From Dictyostelium discoideum (Eukaryota): a DNA stretch of 64,000 bases. The position numbers were made by a program, and so were the translations under genes. The stretch's first letter is position 1, and each line of letters begins with the position of its first letter. The DNA is taken from positions 64,001-128,000 of the forward strand of contig CM000155.2 of assembly GCA_000004695.1 (NCBI GenBank), given 5' to 3'. The notes below the pieces were generated by a model. It saw nothing but the letters and a program-made list of their open reading frames with translations, was not told where the DNA came from and did not search any database. Below are positions 29,709-47,785 of this stretch, one piece after another.

Positions 29709-29959
29709 TTGAGTCAATTTAAAAAATAAAATAAAAAAATATAAAAAAAAAAAAAATAAAAAAAATAAATAAAAATAAAAACAAAAAGTTAAAAATGAAT
29801 TTGGAGATTCTTAATTTTTCATCTTAAAAAGAAAAAAGAAAAAAAAAAAAATAAAAAATAAAAAATAAAAAATAAAAAATTTGTTTTAATACCACTTTTC
29901 CAAAATTTTATTTTTATGTGTTTTTAAAAAATAAAAAAAAATAAATACATATATAAATT

Positions 29960-32900
29960 CTATACATTGTTTGTTGTTGTTGTTGTTGTTGTTGTTGTGG
30001 TTGTTGTTGTTGTGGTGGTAGTAGTGGTTGTATTATTACAAAAACTATTTGAAAAGAAGGAAGAACTATTATTATCAGAATTAAAAATTGATCTTGAAAA
30101 TGATTGGCTTCCAACCAATTTAGTTTGTATATAATCGATATAGTCACTAAGATAAGAGGAGATTTCTTCAGATTCAGTTGTTTGTAATACGATTCTACCC
30201 ATTTCATAATCACCAAAATCCAAAGTTAAACATTGTGTATCCTTATGATAAGCCCATCTTCTTAGATGAGTTAGGGGATATTCTACGAGGAATTTCTTTG
30301 TTTTTGCAGTCATAAACAATATACATTTTCTACTGAAACCCAATACCAATGGTTGATTGATTGGAATTTGTTGAGATCCACCAAAACCATTGCCACCAGT
30401 ATTAATTCCACTACCATTACCACCAATACCACTGCCACCACCACCACTTCCACCATTTCCACCAGTGATAATGCCATTACCATTGATACCATTGTTACTA
30501 TTACCACCATTGTTATTACTACTACTGCTGCTACTTCCATTAGTTTTATTTGGTAATAATTGACGAACACTAAAAAAGATAGCACCAAAAGTTTTCAAAG
30601 AACGACATAGTTGAACGTAACGATACTTTGCATAAACCTCTTTGATACCACGTAGATTTTGATGTTCTTTGTAAATTGACTTTTCAATCTTTTGAAAACT
30701 TAGACCCCACAATTCCAAACTGTTGGGTGGTAAAAAGAATTTCAAATCTTGAGACTTTAAAAAGCCAGGTTTATGGATGTTTGGATTGTGATCACCAAAG
30801 TTAATCTGAAATAGTGTTGCTGCCAATTGAATTGCTTCCTCTTTTGAACAAGTATAGGTATTTGATATGATAGCATCCTTAGATTGGAAAAACAAAAGAT
30901 TAAAATAAACTGGATCACTATTACAATCATCAGCTGCACCAATATCACTTGTATAGAATTTCTTTTTAAATAATAATTTACTATCTGGTGATATCGATTG
31001 TTCTGATAATGGTTGATATGGTTTTAACCAAATACCACCTAATGATGATGATGTTGATGTTGATGTCGATTGTTCATCATTTGAATTATTTAAAATATTT
31101 GAATTTGAATTTGAATTTGAATTATTACTTATACTACTATTTACAATATAACTGTTATAAAATACATTATTTACATTACTATTATTTAACCCATCAAAAA
31201 TACCACTATTATTAACTGATGATGATGATGATGATGAAGTTGAACTATTATTACTATTATTATTATTATTATTATTTTTATTATTTACTATTAATTGAAG
31301 AGAAAATTCTTCAGGATTTTTTATACCTAATTTTAAGCCAATTTCTTGAGTGATTTCAGAGACTGTTTTTTGTTCATCTACAACAAAACTTTTTACTTTT
31401 TTATCTGAAAACTTTACAACAATCTCTCTTTCTTTGGCTGGTGATGCTATTAATATAAAAAATAGAAATAATAAAAAAAAAATTAGTTTTAATATGAATT
31501 TAAATTAAAATAAAAAAATAAAAACTTACATTTTGAAAAAGATAAAATCATTTTTGAAGATAAGTCAGTTAAAACTTTTAAAACTTTTGTAACTTTTGTA
31601 TCTTTGTTTAATTCTTTATTAACCATTGAACCAGTGATTTGAGTTGATAATGGATTGATATAAAGTTTCTTTGGTTCAATGTAGAGTGCACATTTCTTTA
31701 TGACTAAACCATATTGATATTTCCAATCTTTATCTTTGGTATTTGATTTGGAAGAATCAAACTCCATTGAATCAGAGGAACAATTTGAACAAGTTGATAA
31801 TCTTTTTCTACCATTAGTCAATGAATTTCTACCACTAACAGAGAGATAATTTTGATCCCATTGTTTTTGAATCGATGGTGTTTCCCTAAGATTATGATGA
31901 ATATAAGACGAGAGTACATGTGAAATTGCCTCTGCTTCCATTGAAATGAATGTATCCTTTCTATCATTATATTCAATTGTAAATACATTATTCAATACAT
32001 GCCATTTTCTAATATTTGATAAACTATATAAACTAATTGTATTATTAGTCATTGGGTCAAGTGTTAGAACAGCCTCTGATGAAATACCAAATAATTGTTG
32101 ATGATTATGATGATTATGATTATTATTATTACCACTACTACTATTGCTACTACTACTACTACTACCATTACCACTACCACTACCATTACCACTACCACCA
32201 CTACTACTTAAATTATTATTAACAATACTAGTTTGTCTATTTGTTACTTTAAAAAAAGTATATCCATAAGTTTTTAAAGATTTTGCTAATTGAATATAAT
32301 TTAATTTTGCTTTTTGTTCAGACATACCAATTAAACGTTGATATTGAATTAGAATTTCCTTTAGGATATTCTTTTGGTTGATGAATTCCATCGGAAGGAA
32401 ATCTCTTTGTCTAATTTGATCAATCTCTTTTGAACCATGAACATAATCACCAAAACAAATTTGACATTGTAATGCAGCAAATAGAATTGATTCAGTGGGC
32501 GAGCATGGATGCGATGTATCGATGATTGCATCCAAACATTGACAGAATACAAAATGTAACATTTCGGCATCCATGCTGAAATCGATGATAATATCTTTGC
32601 AAAAGAAGAATTGTCGTTTCAATAGGAATATGGTATAGAGTGGATCGATTCCTTGTTCTGGTAATGTTAAATCGGCCGATAACCAAATTCCCCTACCATC
32701 ATCCTCCTCTTCACATTGTACTTTTAATGATAACTCCTCTGGATATTTCAATTGTAATTTCTTTGCCAATTCCATTGATATCTCTGACACTGTCTTACTC
32801 TCGTCGAAAACAAATGTCTTTATTGTCTCATCCAACATTGTCGATTGATGTAATGGATGTACTACTCTTTCCCATGGACCAAAGAATCGAATCTTTAACA

Positions 32901-33507
32901 CACTCTTACAGGTCTTAAACTCTAATGTCTCATTTGAATCAATTTCATAATATGCTAGTGTTTTATCCAATTGCAACCAACGTGCATTTCTAAATGATCC
33001 TGATTGTTGAAATAATCCATAATTTTCGATTGATCCCCATAAAATTTGTTTACTACTACTACTACTACTACTACTACCACAATTACTATTATTATTATTA
33101 TTAGTTGTTGTTGTTGTGGTGGTAATAATTGAACTATTATTATTTTGATTATTGTTATTTAAAGTTAATAATGATAATAAATTATTATTTGAAGAATTCT
33201 TTTGTTTTTCATTTTGTTCCATCTTTTCTTCATTAATAATTCTTTCATAAATTTGATGTATAATTTTATCGATAGTATTATAGATTGAGAATCTCATGGT
33301 GATCACTCTATTTTGTCTAACCAATTTAATCCTTATTGGTTTTGAAATCGTTTGTAGTGATAAATGATTTGGGGGTAATTTGTATACCATAAAATTTATT
33401 AATCTCTCTATCAATTGTGGTGGTATTTTTTGGAGTGCTTGGTTATTATATTCCATCCTCTCCATAATACTGATGAAACATAATTCAACCAATGATAATA
33501 CTGCCAT
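29960..33507 (-). CDS. frmA: Tandem FERM-domain protein (talin-like FERM x2; FrmA/FrmB-type), 1154 aa, 2 exons
   Basis: Model: complement(join(29960..31446,31530..33507)). The two minus-strand ORFs in the track are joined by an 83-nt intron (GTAAGT...TTAATAG) and the phase is conserved (T|CA = Ser). Exon 1 holds a ubiquitin-like fold plus the first FERM region (KLNYIQLAKSLKTYGYTFFKV ... LYSLSNIRKWHVLNNVFTIEY). Exon 2 holds a second ubiquitin-like/F1 segment (EREIVVKFSDKKVKSFVVDEQKTVSEITQEIGLKLGIKNPEEFSL). The second FERM follows (EEAIQLAATLFQINFGDHNPNIHKPGFL ... YAKYRYVQLCRSLKTFGAIFFSV ... CLTLDFGDYEMGRIVLQTTESEEI). The two-FERM layout and 1154-aa size are consistent with Dictyostelium FrmA. 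The frmA vs frmB assignment is from memory and is tentative. Confidence 0.8.
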
Positions 33508-33514
33508 TTATTTA

Positions 33515-33561
<47 letters not shown>

Positions 33562-34811
33562 TTTCTTTTTATTATTATTATTGTTTATTATTATTTTATT
33601 ATTTTTTTTTTTTTTTTTTTGTTTCTTTCTTTTTATTATTATTATTATTATTATTATTGTTTATTATGTTTTTTTTTAAATTTTGTTCAGTGTTGTTTTT
33701 TTTTTTTTTTTTAAAAAAAAAAAACAAAAAAAAAATAAAAAAAAAAAAATAATAAAAATAAAAAAAAATAATATTTTTTAAAATATTAAAAAAAAAAAAA
33801 AAAACAATAAAATTCAAAGATAAATAGATATTTTGGGTATGTTCTATTTTTAAATTTTTATCCTAAATTTTTTATTTTAAAAATTTTTAAATTATTTATT
33901 TATGTGAATCCAAATTTAATTTTTGTACTCTCTCTTTAATTGTTAACACTACACAAACATTGACACAGGCACACACACAAAATAAAAAACCACCCCCTTA
34001 ATTTAATTTATTTTTATTATTATTATATTTTTTTTTTTTATTTTTTTATATTTATTTTTTTTTTATTTATTTCAACTTTTTTTTTTTTTTTTTTTTTTAA
34101 AAAAAATAATAATATTAGTGATAAAAATAATATACAATTAAAACTATTTTCCCAAATTTTTTTTTCCCCAAGGTACAAATTAATTTTATAATAACCCATT
34201 CAAAAAAAAAAAAAAAAAATTTATTTTTATTTTTATTTTTGTTTTTTTTTTTTTCTTTTTTTTTTTTTTCTTTTTTTTTCATTTTTATTTTAATTTTTTT
34301 TTTATTTATTTATTATTACTATTTTTTTTTTTTTATATACATCCTTCTTAAAACCATTTATTAGTAAGTATTTTATTTGGTTTTTTTTTTTTTTTTTTTT
34401 ATTTATTTTATTTTTTTTATTTTTTTTTTCTCTATATAGGATTTGTAATCTTTTTTTAATCACTTTTTTATACAAGGGTAAAAAAAAAAAAAAAAACGAT
34501 GGGGAGCCACCTTTTGATTCAAAAAAATAAAAAAAAAAAAAAAAAAGAAAAATTATTTTTTAAAAAAAAATTAAATTTTTTTTTTTTTTTTTAATTTTTT
34601 TTTTTTTTTTCCAACCAAAAATTTTTTTCATCACAAAAATTTTTTTTTTTTATTTTTTATTTTTATACACACATATATATATAACACTTTGTTGTTTTTA
34701 TTTATTTATTTAATAACCATCACCCAACCAAATTGTAATTTAATACATTCAACTAATTAAATAATTTTTTTTAATTACATATTATATTTTTTAAATTATT
34801 ATAAAAATAAG

Positions 34812-34846
<35 letters not shown>

Positions 34847-34913
34847 ATCTATTTTCAAAAAACTTTCAAAACTCAATAAAACTAAATAAAAGGAAATATA
34901 TATTATAAACAAG

Positions 34914-35176
34914 ATGCCTCTTAGAGAATTCAAAATCGTCGTTTTAGGTTCAGGTGGTGTAGGTAAATCTGCTTTGACTGTGCAATTTGTTCAAGGTATT
35001 TTTGTTGAAAAGTACGATCCAACCATCGAAGATTCCTACAGAAAACAAGTCGAAGTTGATAGCAATCAATGCATGTTAGAAATTTTAGATACAGGTAAGT
35101 TTAAATTTTACTGTTATAAAGTGAACATAAAATCATTTGATTTTTTAATAATGAAGAAAAAAAAAAAAAAAAAAAT

Positions 35177-35217
<41 letters not shown>

Positions 35218-35707
35218 CAAAATTTTTTTTAAAGTGGTTAATTAATTTAACTATAACTCAATATTTATTCCTTTACTAATTTATTTATTATTTTTATATA
35301 TATTTTTTTTTTTAAAAAAATTATTAGCTGGTACTGAACAATTTACTGCAATGAGAGATCTTTACATGAAAAATGGTCAAGGTTTTGTTTTAGTATATTC
35401 AATCATTTCAAACTCCACTTTTAACGAGTTACCAGATCTCCGTGAACAAATTCTCAGAGTTAAGGATTGTGAAGATGTTCCAATGGTTCTTGTTGGTAAC
35501 AAATGCGATCTCCACGACCAACGTGTTATTAGCACAGAACAAGGTGAAGAACTCGCTCGTAAATTTGGTGATTGTTACTTTTTAGAAGCATCTGCCAAGA
35601 ATAAAGTTAATGTTGAACAAATTTTCTATAACTTAATCCGTCAAATCAACCGTAAAAACCCAGTTGGTCCACCAAGCAAAGCTAAATCAAAATGTGCTTT
35701 ATTGTAA
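34914..35707 (+). CDS. rapA: Ras-related protein Rap1; 2 exons
   Basis: Model: join(34914..35094,35328..35707), 186 aa. The spliced product is [87 protein letters not shown]...LVGNKCDL...[14 protein letters not shown]...KCALL. All G1-G5 motifs are present, with a CaaX end (CALL). Donor is GTAAGT, acceptor TTATTAG. Confidence 0.95.
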
Positions 35708-36036
35708 ACAATCCATCAACTCTCCAACACCCTTCCATACTCACCCACCCATTTCAAATGTAACAATTGAAAAACAGAAAAAAAAAAAAAAAAAAACAGG
35801 AAAAAAAAAAAAACACTTTTTTAAAAAAAAAAAAAAAAATAATAATAATAATAATAATAACCAGTAATATAGTAAATATATATCGTAAAGATACCAAAAT
35901 ATGTAATAAATAAATTTTTTTGTTTTTTTTTTAAAAAAAAATTAAAATTTTGAGCAAAACATACTTGTTTATTATAAACCTAATTCTATTTTTATATGTA
36001 TATATATATATTTTTTTTTTAAAACTGACAACAAAC

Positions 36037-36070
<34 letters not shown>

Positions 36071-36152
36071 TTTTCTTTTTTTTTTTTTTTTAATTATTAT
36101 TTTTTTTTAATACATACATTTTTATTTTATATATATTTTAAATATAAGAAAG

Positions 36153-36812
36153 ATGGAAGAGGAATTTGAAGAAGATACAACTTCCAAAGAAATTAAAAGG
36201 GATTATTTATGTACAGTACGACAACTATTTGATAAGGAGTATATGGATTTAGAGGTATTATTTGAAGGACTTGTGCTAAATGATCGACCTAAAGGTTGTA
36301 TTTTCAAGACTCAACAACTTAAAATGCTAAATGATATGGATCAACTTAAATATTATAATAATAGAATGAGAGTTATAGAGAAAATGTTAACAAAATACAA
36401 CAAAAACATTGTTGATGATCAATTTTGTTTAGACAACATTAAAGATTTAAAATTAACAAATTTAAAATTAGAGTTTGGTTATAATATTGCCATCTTAACA
36501 CCAAATAGAGATGATTATGTCATTACAATTGATGAAATTGCTTCACTAACAAATTGTTTTACAATTTATTCAAATAATGTAATCATTAAAATGTTTATTG
36601 TATTAGAACATTTTATATATTATTTTGATAAATCAATGCCATCTTTAATTAATCACAAAGAATTTATAAGGTTTTTATCAAATATTTGGTTTGATAATTC
36701 ACCTTTAATACGTTCAACATTATTTTTTTATATATATTATTATGAATATAAATTAAATTTGTTTTTACTTTATTTTAATATATTTAGTGATCATAAAAGG
36801 GTAATTATTTAA

Positions 36813-36902
<90 letters not shown>

Positions 36903-38198
36903 TTTTTTTAAATCCAAAAACATGTTAATAATTTTTTTTTTTTTTTTTTTTTTTAAAATGGGAAATAAAGTTAACGCAATTTTTTGAATTGGACAATGGT
37001 TTCAAAGAAATGGAATATTTGGTAAAGTTAACATTTTGTTCTTTAAATGGTCAACTAGAAGAGGATGAATTTTTAATGAATTTATTATCATGTAGACCAA
37101 AATATAATTCTCAATTCCATCTAACCACCATTTTAAAAGATAATTTACAATTTGGTGGATGCAATAACGGTGCTATAAAAAATGATTCATTATTTTCTTT
37201 TTATTTTTCAGAAATAATTAATTTTGAGAAATTTTATTTGTAAGTAGTTTTTTTTTTATTATTTATTTCTTTTTTTCAATATTTACTATGGTTACTAATT
37301 ATTATTATTGAAATTATTATTGTTTATTACTTATAAAAGGCCATTAATAAAAAAACAAAATTTACAATTACCAAATGATAATGATGAAATTAAAATAGCA
37401 ATAAAAAATTTAAATGATGTTATTTTATTAAATATTTTCAAGTATTTAATATTGATCAAGGGTGAAACGAATGAAAATGATGAAGATGAAAATATTTATA
37501 AAAAAAAGTATTATGGTTTTAAAAATGGAATAGATATTGTCAATGTTTCAATGGTTTCAAATAGATTTTTTAAGTTAATGAAAACTGCACTATCATTAAT
37601 TGATTGGAGTCAATATGACAATATAGAATTATTAAAGAGTGAGGTCGATTATGATTGTGAAAAATGTTTAATTAAAGAGCCACCATCCTTCACAAAGTAT
37701 CATATATTATTAAGAACAACCAGTGGCACTTTATTTAAACGAGTTTCTCAATCAATTGAAACATTGGTAATTGATACAATTGGGGTATGCCCACGCAATT
37801 TTTTTCTTTTTATAGTGGATTCTTGTAATATTGCCCCTCCATTTGGTTCATTTGAAAATCTAAAATCTTTGGTTATTATTGGTAGAGTATCTGTAATGGG
37901 AAGCCAAATTAGTTGTGGTGTATTTGGTTTACCCATCCAATATATAATACTTAATGGAAATGCCAAACTGGTCAACTTTACTTTGGTAGATAAAGTTAAT
38001 GCTGAATCTTCTTATGATATCGATTTCATTAAACAACTTTTAAACTGCCATAAAAATACCTTAAAATCATTTAATTTGGTTTGTAATAGTATGAAATCAA
38101 AATATCACATGGATAAAATTATTAAATTAATTCATGCCATACCCACAATTAAATTAACTCTTTATAAAGGTAATAAAATAGTAGAAAAATTGATGTAA
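36153..38198 (+). CDS. Hypothetical protein, lineage-specific, with F-box-like motif; provisional 3-exon model
   Basis: Provisional model: join(36153..36800,36971..37239,37340..38198), 591 aa. It links three same-strand ORFs through GTAATT...AAAG and GTAAGT...AAAAG introns with compatible phases. Intron 1 contains (ATT)31. An F-box-like segment sits in exon 3 (LPNDNDEIKIAIKNLNDVILLNIFKYLIL). I recognise no other conserved domain. The exon 1/2 junction is uncertain. Confidence 0.45.
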
Positions 38199-38438
38199 AA
38201 TAAAATAAAGATAAAGTTTGTTATTATTATTATTATTATTAGATTATTTTTTATTTGTAATTATTTTTTAAATAATTTTTTTTTTTTTTAATTTTTTTTT
38301 TTTTTTAAAAGGTGTATCATGTGATTTGAAAATAGTTGCTAACGTTTCGTTTTTGTTTTTTTTTTTTTTTTTTTTTTGGTTGTTCTTTGTTTTTTTATAT
38401 ATATATATATATATGTATGTATTTTTTATTTTTTATTT

Positions 38439-41116
38439 TTAAAGGTCATTCATTTCCAAATTGACATCATTTGGTCTAACCATACCTGGAATCATTGATT
38501 GTTTCTTTAAGGCTAAAGCTTTTTCAATATTTTTCTCATCAGAGTAAAGGTCAGCATTTTCATGACTCTTCCATTCTTTGAGGGTAATAAGGAAATCACG
38601 AGTTGCAGATTTGAAATCATTGTTGTTAATGTTGGCGAGATTAAAGAGACGAGTGACGAAAGCCTGGATTTGTGGTCTTGAGACATTTGGAGAAGCTGAA
38701 AGGAAAGTGACAACGATTTCTTTGACATATTCAGAGTTTGAAGGGAAGTTTGCTTGTTGTGGATCAAAGAGTGGAATTTTAACAACACCATTCTCAACGA
38801 CTTGGAACATCATTCTTAAGATATCACATTCTAAAGCAAAGCCACTCTTGTGGAAAGAATCTGTTAAGATGTATAGAATATCATTCAACAAAGAAACGAG
38901 ATAAGTCTTAAAGAATACATTGGCAACATCAGAGTTCTTTGAGACGTTTTCAATCAATTCTTTCAAAATATGAAGACCAGTTTCACTGATATTTCTTTCG
39001 GTATGTTTGAAAGCCCAAACGACACAATCAATCAATAGTTTGAATTGTTGTGGATGAAGATTGTGGAAAACGGTGAAAGCATTTGAATTGATTGCTCTGA
39101 TGAGATTGAAGAAATTGATACGATGATATGGATAATCTTCAAAGTTTTTGGTGATCATTGATAATGTGGTTTCAAAGACGGCCTCTAAAATCTTTGGTAC
39201 CTCTGGGTGAACCAATTGTTTGAGTGATGTGATGATAGCGGTCATCAATGAGAGAACCTCTGGATCTCTAGTCTCTGGAATGTTGGTTCTATAGTCACCC
39301 AAAACGGCCTCTAACAATGGTTGAAGGAAATTAGAGTAGATAACTTGTTTATCGGAAGATTTCTCAATAAAGGTTTCCAAGAGTTTAAGAGTTTCCTTCT
39401 TTACGGATCTCATTGCTTGACCCAAAGTTTCACGATAGATATTTGGATTTCTAGAGATATGGTCACTATAGGTACGGTAGACATTGAGAAGGTCCAAGTA
39501 AATCTTTGAGATTTGAGTGATATAACAATTTTCGAGTGACATGGCAGCACGGTTATTGGTTTTAATGAGATTAAGGATATCACGAGCAACTTCAACAGTC
39601 AATAAAGATTCAACCTTTACACTAGCGGCACCCATAATTTGTAACCAAGAGTGATTTGGTAATTCCATGAATTTATTTACCAATTTCTCACGGAAAGCAG
39701 CATCGGAAGAAGAGGCAATCATATAACCAACGGCTTCATAAAAGGTATGAATTTGTGATTGTTCCAAATGAGCGATAGTGGTTGAGAGTTGATTGAGGAG
39801 TTCATTAATGAATGGTTGAGATTCTTCGACTTGGAGTACAACAAACTTTCTCTTACATTGTTTGGAGATCTTTAAAAAGGTATCACAAGCCATATCTTGT
39901 ACACCAGGATGAGATTCGTGCATAAATTCAAAGAGTTTATTGACAACGGTCTTTAAGAATTTCCAATGGTCTTTGAGGAATCTTGGATATTGACCAACGA
40001 TGTACATGATATCACTTGCGATGACGGCTTTGTTATCTTTACCTTTTTTATTTTGACAAAGTTCCAAAAGATCCTTGATAACGGTGACAAGGAATCTCTT
40101 TTCTTGTTCTTTGTTTTGAGCTCCACTAATGGAACCGATAGCCCAACATAAGGTATTGAGACGTTGGAAAGTGAATTCACGACCAGAGATTAAGGTTTGT
40201 AATTTCTCCAACATGATATGTTGAGTATTTTCAGAGTCGAGATGAGTTAAAAAGATAAGAGTTTCTCTCATTGATTCATAGAGTGTAAGAGAGTCTGTAT
40301 CTTTGGTGGTTTCACGAACGATATTACCATTTTCATCCTCTACCACAATGACTTCCTCTGGTTTAGCCATATGATCTATTAAAACGACACGAACTTTGCT
40401 AAGAACACTTTTGTAAAGTTGTAATCTTGGTGGAGTTGATAAGAGTGTGGTTGTAAAGGTGGCAATGTCAGAGTAAAGATTGGAGCTAAGGAAATTCCAA
40501 TATTCAAGACAAATCTTAAAAAGTTCCAACTCATCGATATTTGAAATGTTTACCAAAATCTCATGGGCCAATGTGAGGTATGGGATGTTTAAACTGTTTT
40601 CCATGATCTTGAGATGACTCTTAAAGAAACCAGTGAGGAACAAAGAGACCGTGTGAATAAAAGAACGTTCACCTTGATCACCATCTTCATAATCTTGTGG
40701 AATCTTTGATGGATCTGGTTTTATGAATTTAATTTGATTCATAAACTTATCAATGATAGCAATAAAGACGGCGTCATATTGTTGATTACCCAAATTAAGA
40801 TTACCAATCTCTGTGAGACATTTCAATGTACTATTTCTAAATAATGGCTCTGGGAAATATTTGTGAAGTAATAATTTAACCAACTTGGATGGTTCTGCAA
40901 TACCACCATTCACTTCAATGATATAATGTAATGGTACCCAATTAAGAAATCTTTGAAGAGTTTCCAATGTTGCTTTAATTAATGATGCTCTAGTTGCATT
41001 CTCCAAAATGTAAAAACAAAGATCATTAATTAATGAAAATTCTTTTTCAAATGTAATCTTTAATGTTTGAATTTTTGTTTGAGTCATTTGTTCTTCTGAA
41101 AAGTTAAAAATTTCTA

Positions 41117-41160
<44 letters not shown>

Positions 41161-41968
41161 TATATATATTAAATAAAAACAATATATTACAAAAATATTG
41201 TTTTAAATTTAAATTTACCTTCACTTAAAAGTCTTAAGATAACCATATTATTTTCACACAATGATTCATTAGTTTTACTACTGCTAATGATTTCTGGAAT
41301 GAATGTGCTCCAATTAGTGGTCCATTCTTGTTTTAAAATCTATTTTAGATATAAAAAAAATAAAAAAGATTAATATCTTAAATATATTTTTTTTAAATCG
41401 AGAAAAAAAAAAAAAAAAAAAAAAAAACCATTTTGTATAATTATTTTTACTTACTTGGACAAAAACCAAATTTAATTTGTTAACTAATAATTTCTCACGA
41501 GAACTAGTTTGTGGATCAGAGGAAAGACGAATAATGAGAGATACAATGTAGTTTTTGATACCTTCACATTGTTCACGTGGTAAACTCTTCCAACGGTATT
41601 TGATTAAAGAGTCCATGATGACCAAGGCAATAAATTTGGTTTGCACAATTTTTGAAGTTTCCAAAATTGTATCAACTTTTGACCAAGCGTCTGGATGCTC
41701 TTGAAATTTACCAAGTACCATTTGAGCTGCTTTAATCTATTTCATTTTAAATAAAAAATTTTTTATAAAATAAAATAAAATACATTAAAGTAAAATTAGT
41801 ATGTGTGTAAACAGTGGCAATATTATTTGTATATAAATATATAAATATTTTTTTTTTTTTTTTTCTTCTTACATCGTTCTTGTTACTTAGTGGATTATAA
41901 AGAACAGAAACAATTTGATCCAACAAATTGATATCTAAAGGCTCATTGAAGTTTAAAATATTCTCCAT
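38439..41968 (-). CDS. xpo1: Exportin-1 (CRM1/Xpo1) nuclear export receptor; 4 exons
   Basis: Model: complement(join(38439..41095,41219..41339,41455..41736,41873..41968)), about 1051 aa. Exon 1 reads [32 protein letters not shown]. Exon 2 reads [29 protein letters not shown]...[28 protein letters not shown]...KLNLVFVQ. Exon 3 reads [40 protein letters not shown]. Exon 4 aligns to CRM1 along its whole length ([103 protein letters not shown] ...). Donors are GTAAGA, GTAAGT and GTAAAT, with AG acceptors. Confidence 0.93.
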
Positions 41969-42236
41969 ATTTTTTTTTTTTTTCTTTTGGTGAATTCAAC
42001 TTATTTCTCTCGAAAAAAAAAAAAAAGACAATAATAATAATTATAATAAAAAGTAAAAAAAAAAAAAAAAAAGTAAAAACTTATATACAATGAAAATTAA
42101 ATTTAATATATTATTGATGATTTATAATATATAACAACAATAATTATTATTATTATTTTATTTATTTATTTGTTTTGTTTAAAATTTTTTTTTTTTTCTA
42201 CAAAGTTAGGTAAAAAAAAAAAAGATTTTGTGTGTG

Positions 42237-42312
42237 AAAAAGTAAAAGTAAAAGTAAAAGTAAAGTAAAGTAAAGTAAAAGTAAAGTAAAAGTAAAGTAA
42301 AAAGTAAAGTTA
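42237..42312. repeat. Imperfect (AAAGTA)n / (AAAGTAAAGT)n minisatellite-like array about 270 nt upstream of the xpo1 start codon
   Basis: Direct reading shows aaaagtaaaagtaaaagtaaaagtaaagtaaagtaaagtaaaagtaaagtaaaagtaaagtaaaaagtaaagtt. It is unlike the surrounding poly(A)/poly(T) promoter filler. Confidence 0.8.
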
Positions 42313-42747
42313 TCAAGTAAAAAAGTTAAATAAATAAGTTTATTTATTTAATCTTTTATTTTTTAAAGTCAAGTGGTTTTGTTGTGAAGAAGAAAAAAAA
42401 AAGAAAAAAAAAAAAAAATTTTGTTTGGGTATTTTTTTTTTTTTTTTAAAAATAAAAAATTAAAAAAAAAATTAAAAAAAAAATTAAAAAAAAAAAAATA
42501 ATTAAAAATAAATAAAATAATTCCCGCTCAAAAACAGGTGTCATAAAAAAATAAAAAAAAAAAACCCAAAAAATAATTAATAAATTTTATTTTTTTTTTT
42601 TATTTTTTTTTTTTTTAAAATTTTTTTTTTTTTAATTTTTTTTTTTTTAATTTTTTATTTTATTATTATTGAACAATTAAAAAAAATTATTTTCCAATAA
42701 ATAATAATTTTTTGTATAAATGGAATAATTTTTATTGTTCCCTTTTC

Positions 42748-42786
<39 letters not shown>

Positions 42787-42955
42787 AAAAAAAAAAAAAA
42801 AAACCTAAAAAAAAAAAAAAAAATTAGTAACAAAGTTATAGAAAAAGGATATTTTTTTATTTTATTATTTTTATTATTTTTATTATTTTTACTATTTTTT
42901 ATTATTTATATTATTATTTTGAACGATGAGTTAAAATTATTTCCAATAAATCGGA

Positions 42956-42992
<37 letters not shown>

Positions 42993-43009
42993 GATATGTA
43001 ATAAGAAAA

Positions 43010-46985
<3,976 letters not shown>

Positions 46986-46991
46986 GGATTA

Positions 46992-47285
46992 TTAAATATT
47001 TATAGTTAAATCCCTTAATATTCCAAGTGATACCTTTGAAACTAATTGTATCTCTTTATTATTAGTATAACTATCATACATCTCATCCTCTTCCTCATAA
47101 TCATCTTTATTTACTAAATGTTGTAATAATATATTAATTAAAGTTTTTGGTGATGATTTAAATAAAGAAATTGACATTGAAGTTAACCATTTTTGAATTG
47201 TTGTAATTGTTTCTGAAGTTATTGGATTTTTTGGTGATGGTGATTTTTTATCTTTAGTTTCAGTTGTAGTATTATCATCACCATC

Positions 47286-47368
<83 letters not shown>

Positions 47369-47745
47369 GCTGTGGTTGCTGTGGTTGTTGTTGTGGTTGT
47401 TGTTGTTGTTGATTTGTATGAGAAGTGAAATTGGTTGAAAAAGTTGTGGTAATAGATTCATTAAAGTTTTTAATCTTTTTAAAGAATTCAACAATTATAA
47501 AAGATAATGTTGATATTGATATTGAGTTATCAAGTCCATTTGATAATGATTCAAATGATAATAAATCTTTTGTAACTAATTTAATCAATAGGTCAATTGA
47601 AAAACTCTTAAAATCTATACCTTCTAATTTACTATTAATTTGATGTTGTTTCTCTATTAAATAATCAATTAATTTAAATATAAATTCAAAATGGTATCCC
47701 TTTATATTTTGTTTTTTATTTATTATTATTAAAATATAATTTAAT

Positions 47746-47785
<40 letters not shown>

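Noticed and set aside
33380-33817. Three overlapping ORFs encoding poly-Phe/poly-Leu/poly-Lys peptides
   Set aside because: This is a poly(T)/poly(A) promoter tract in the FERM/rapA divergent spacer.
42237-42312. Possible regulatory element or small RNA in the (AAAGTA)n array upstream of xpo1
   Set aside because: It is kept only as a repeat feature. I see no secondary-structure or conservation evidence, and it is most simply a minisatellite.
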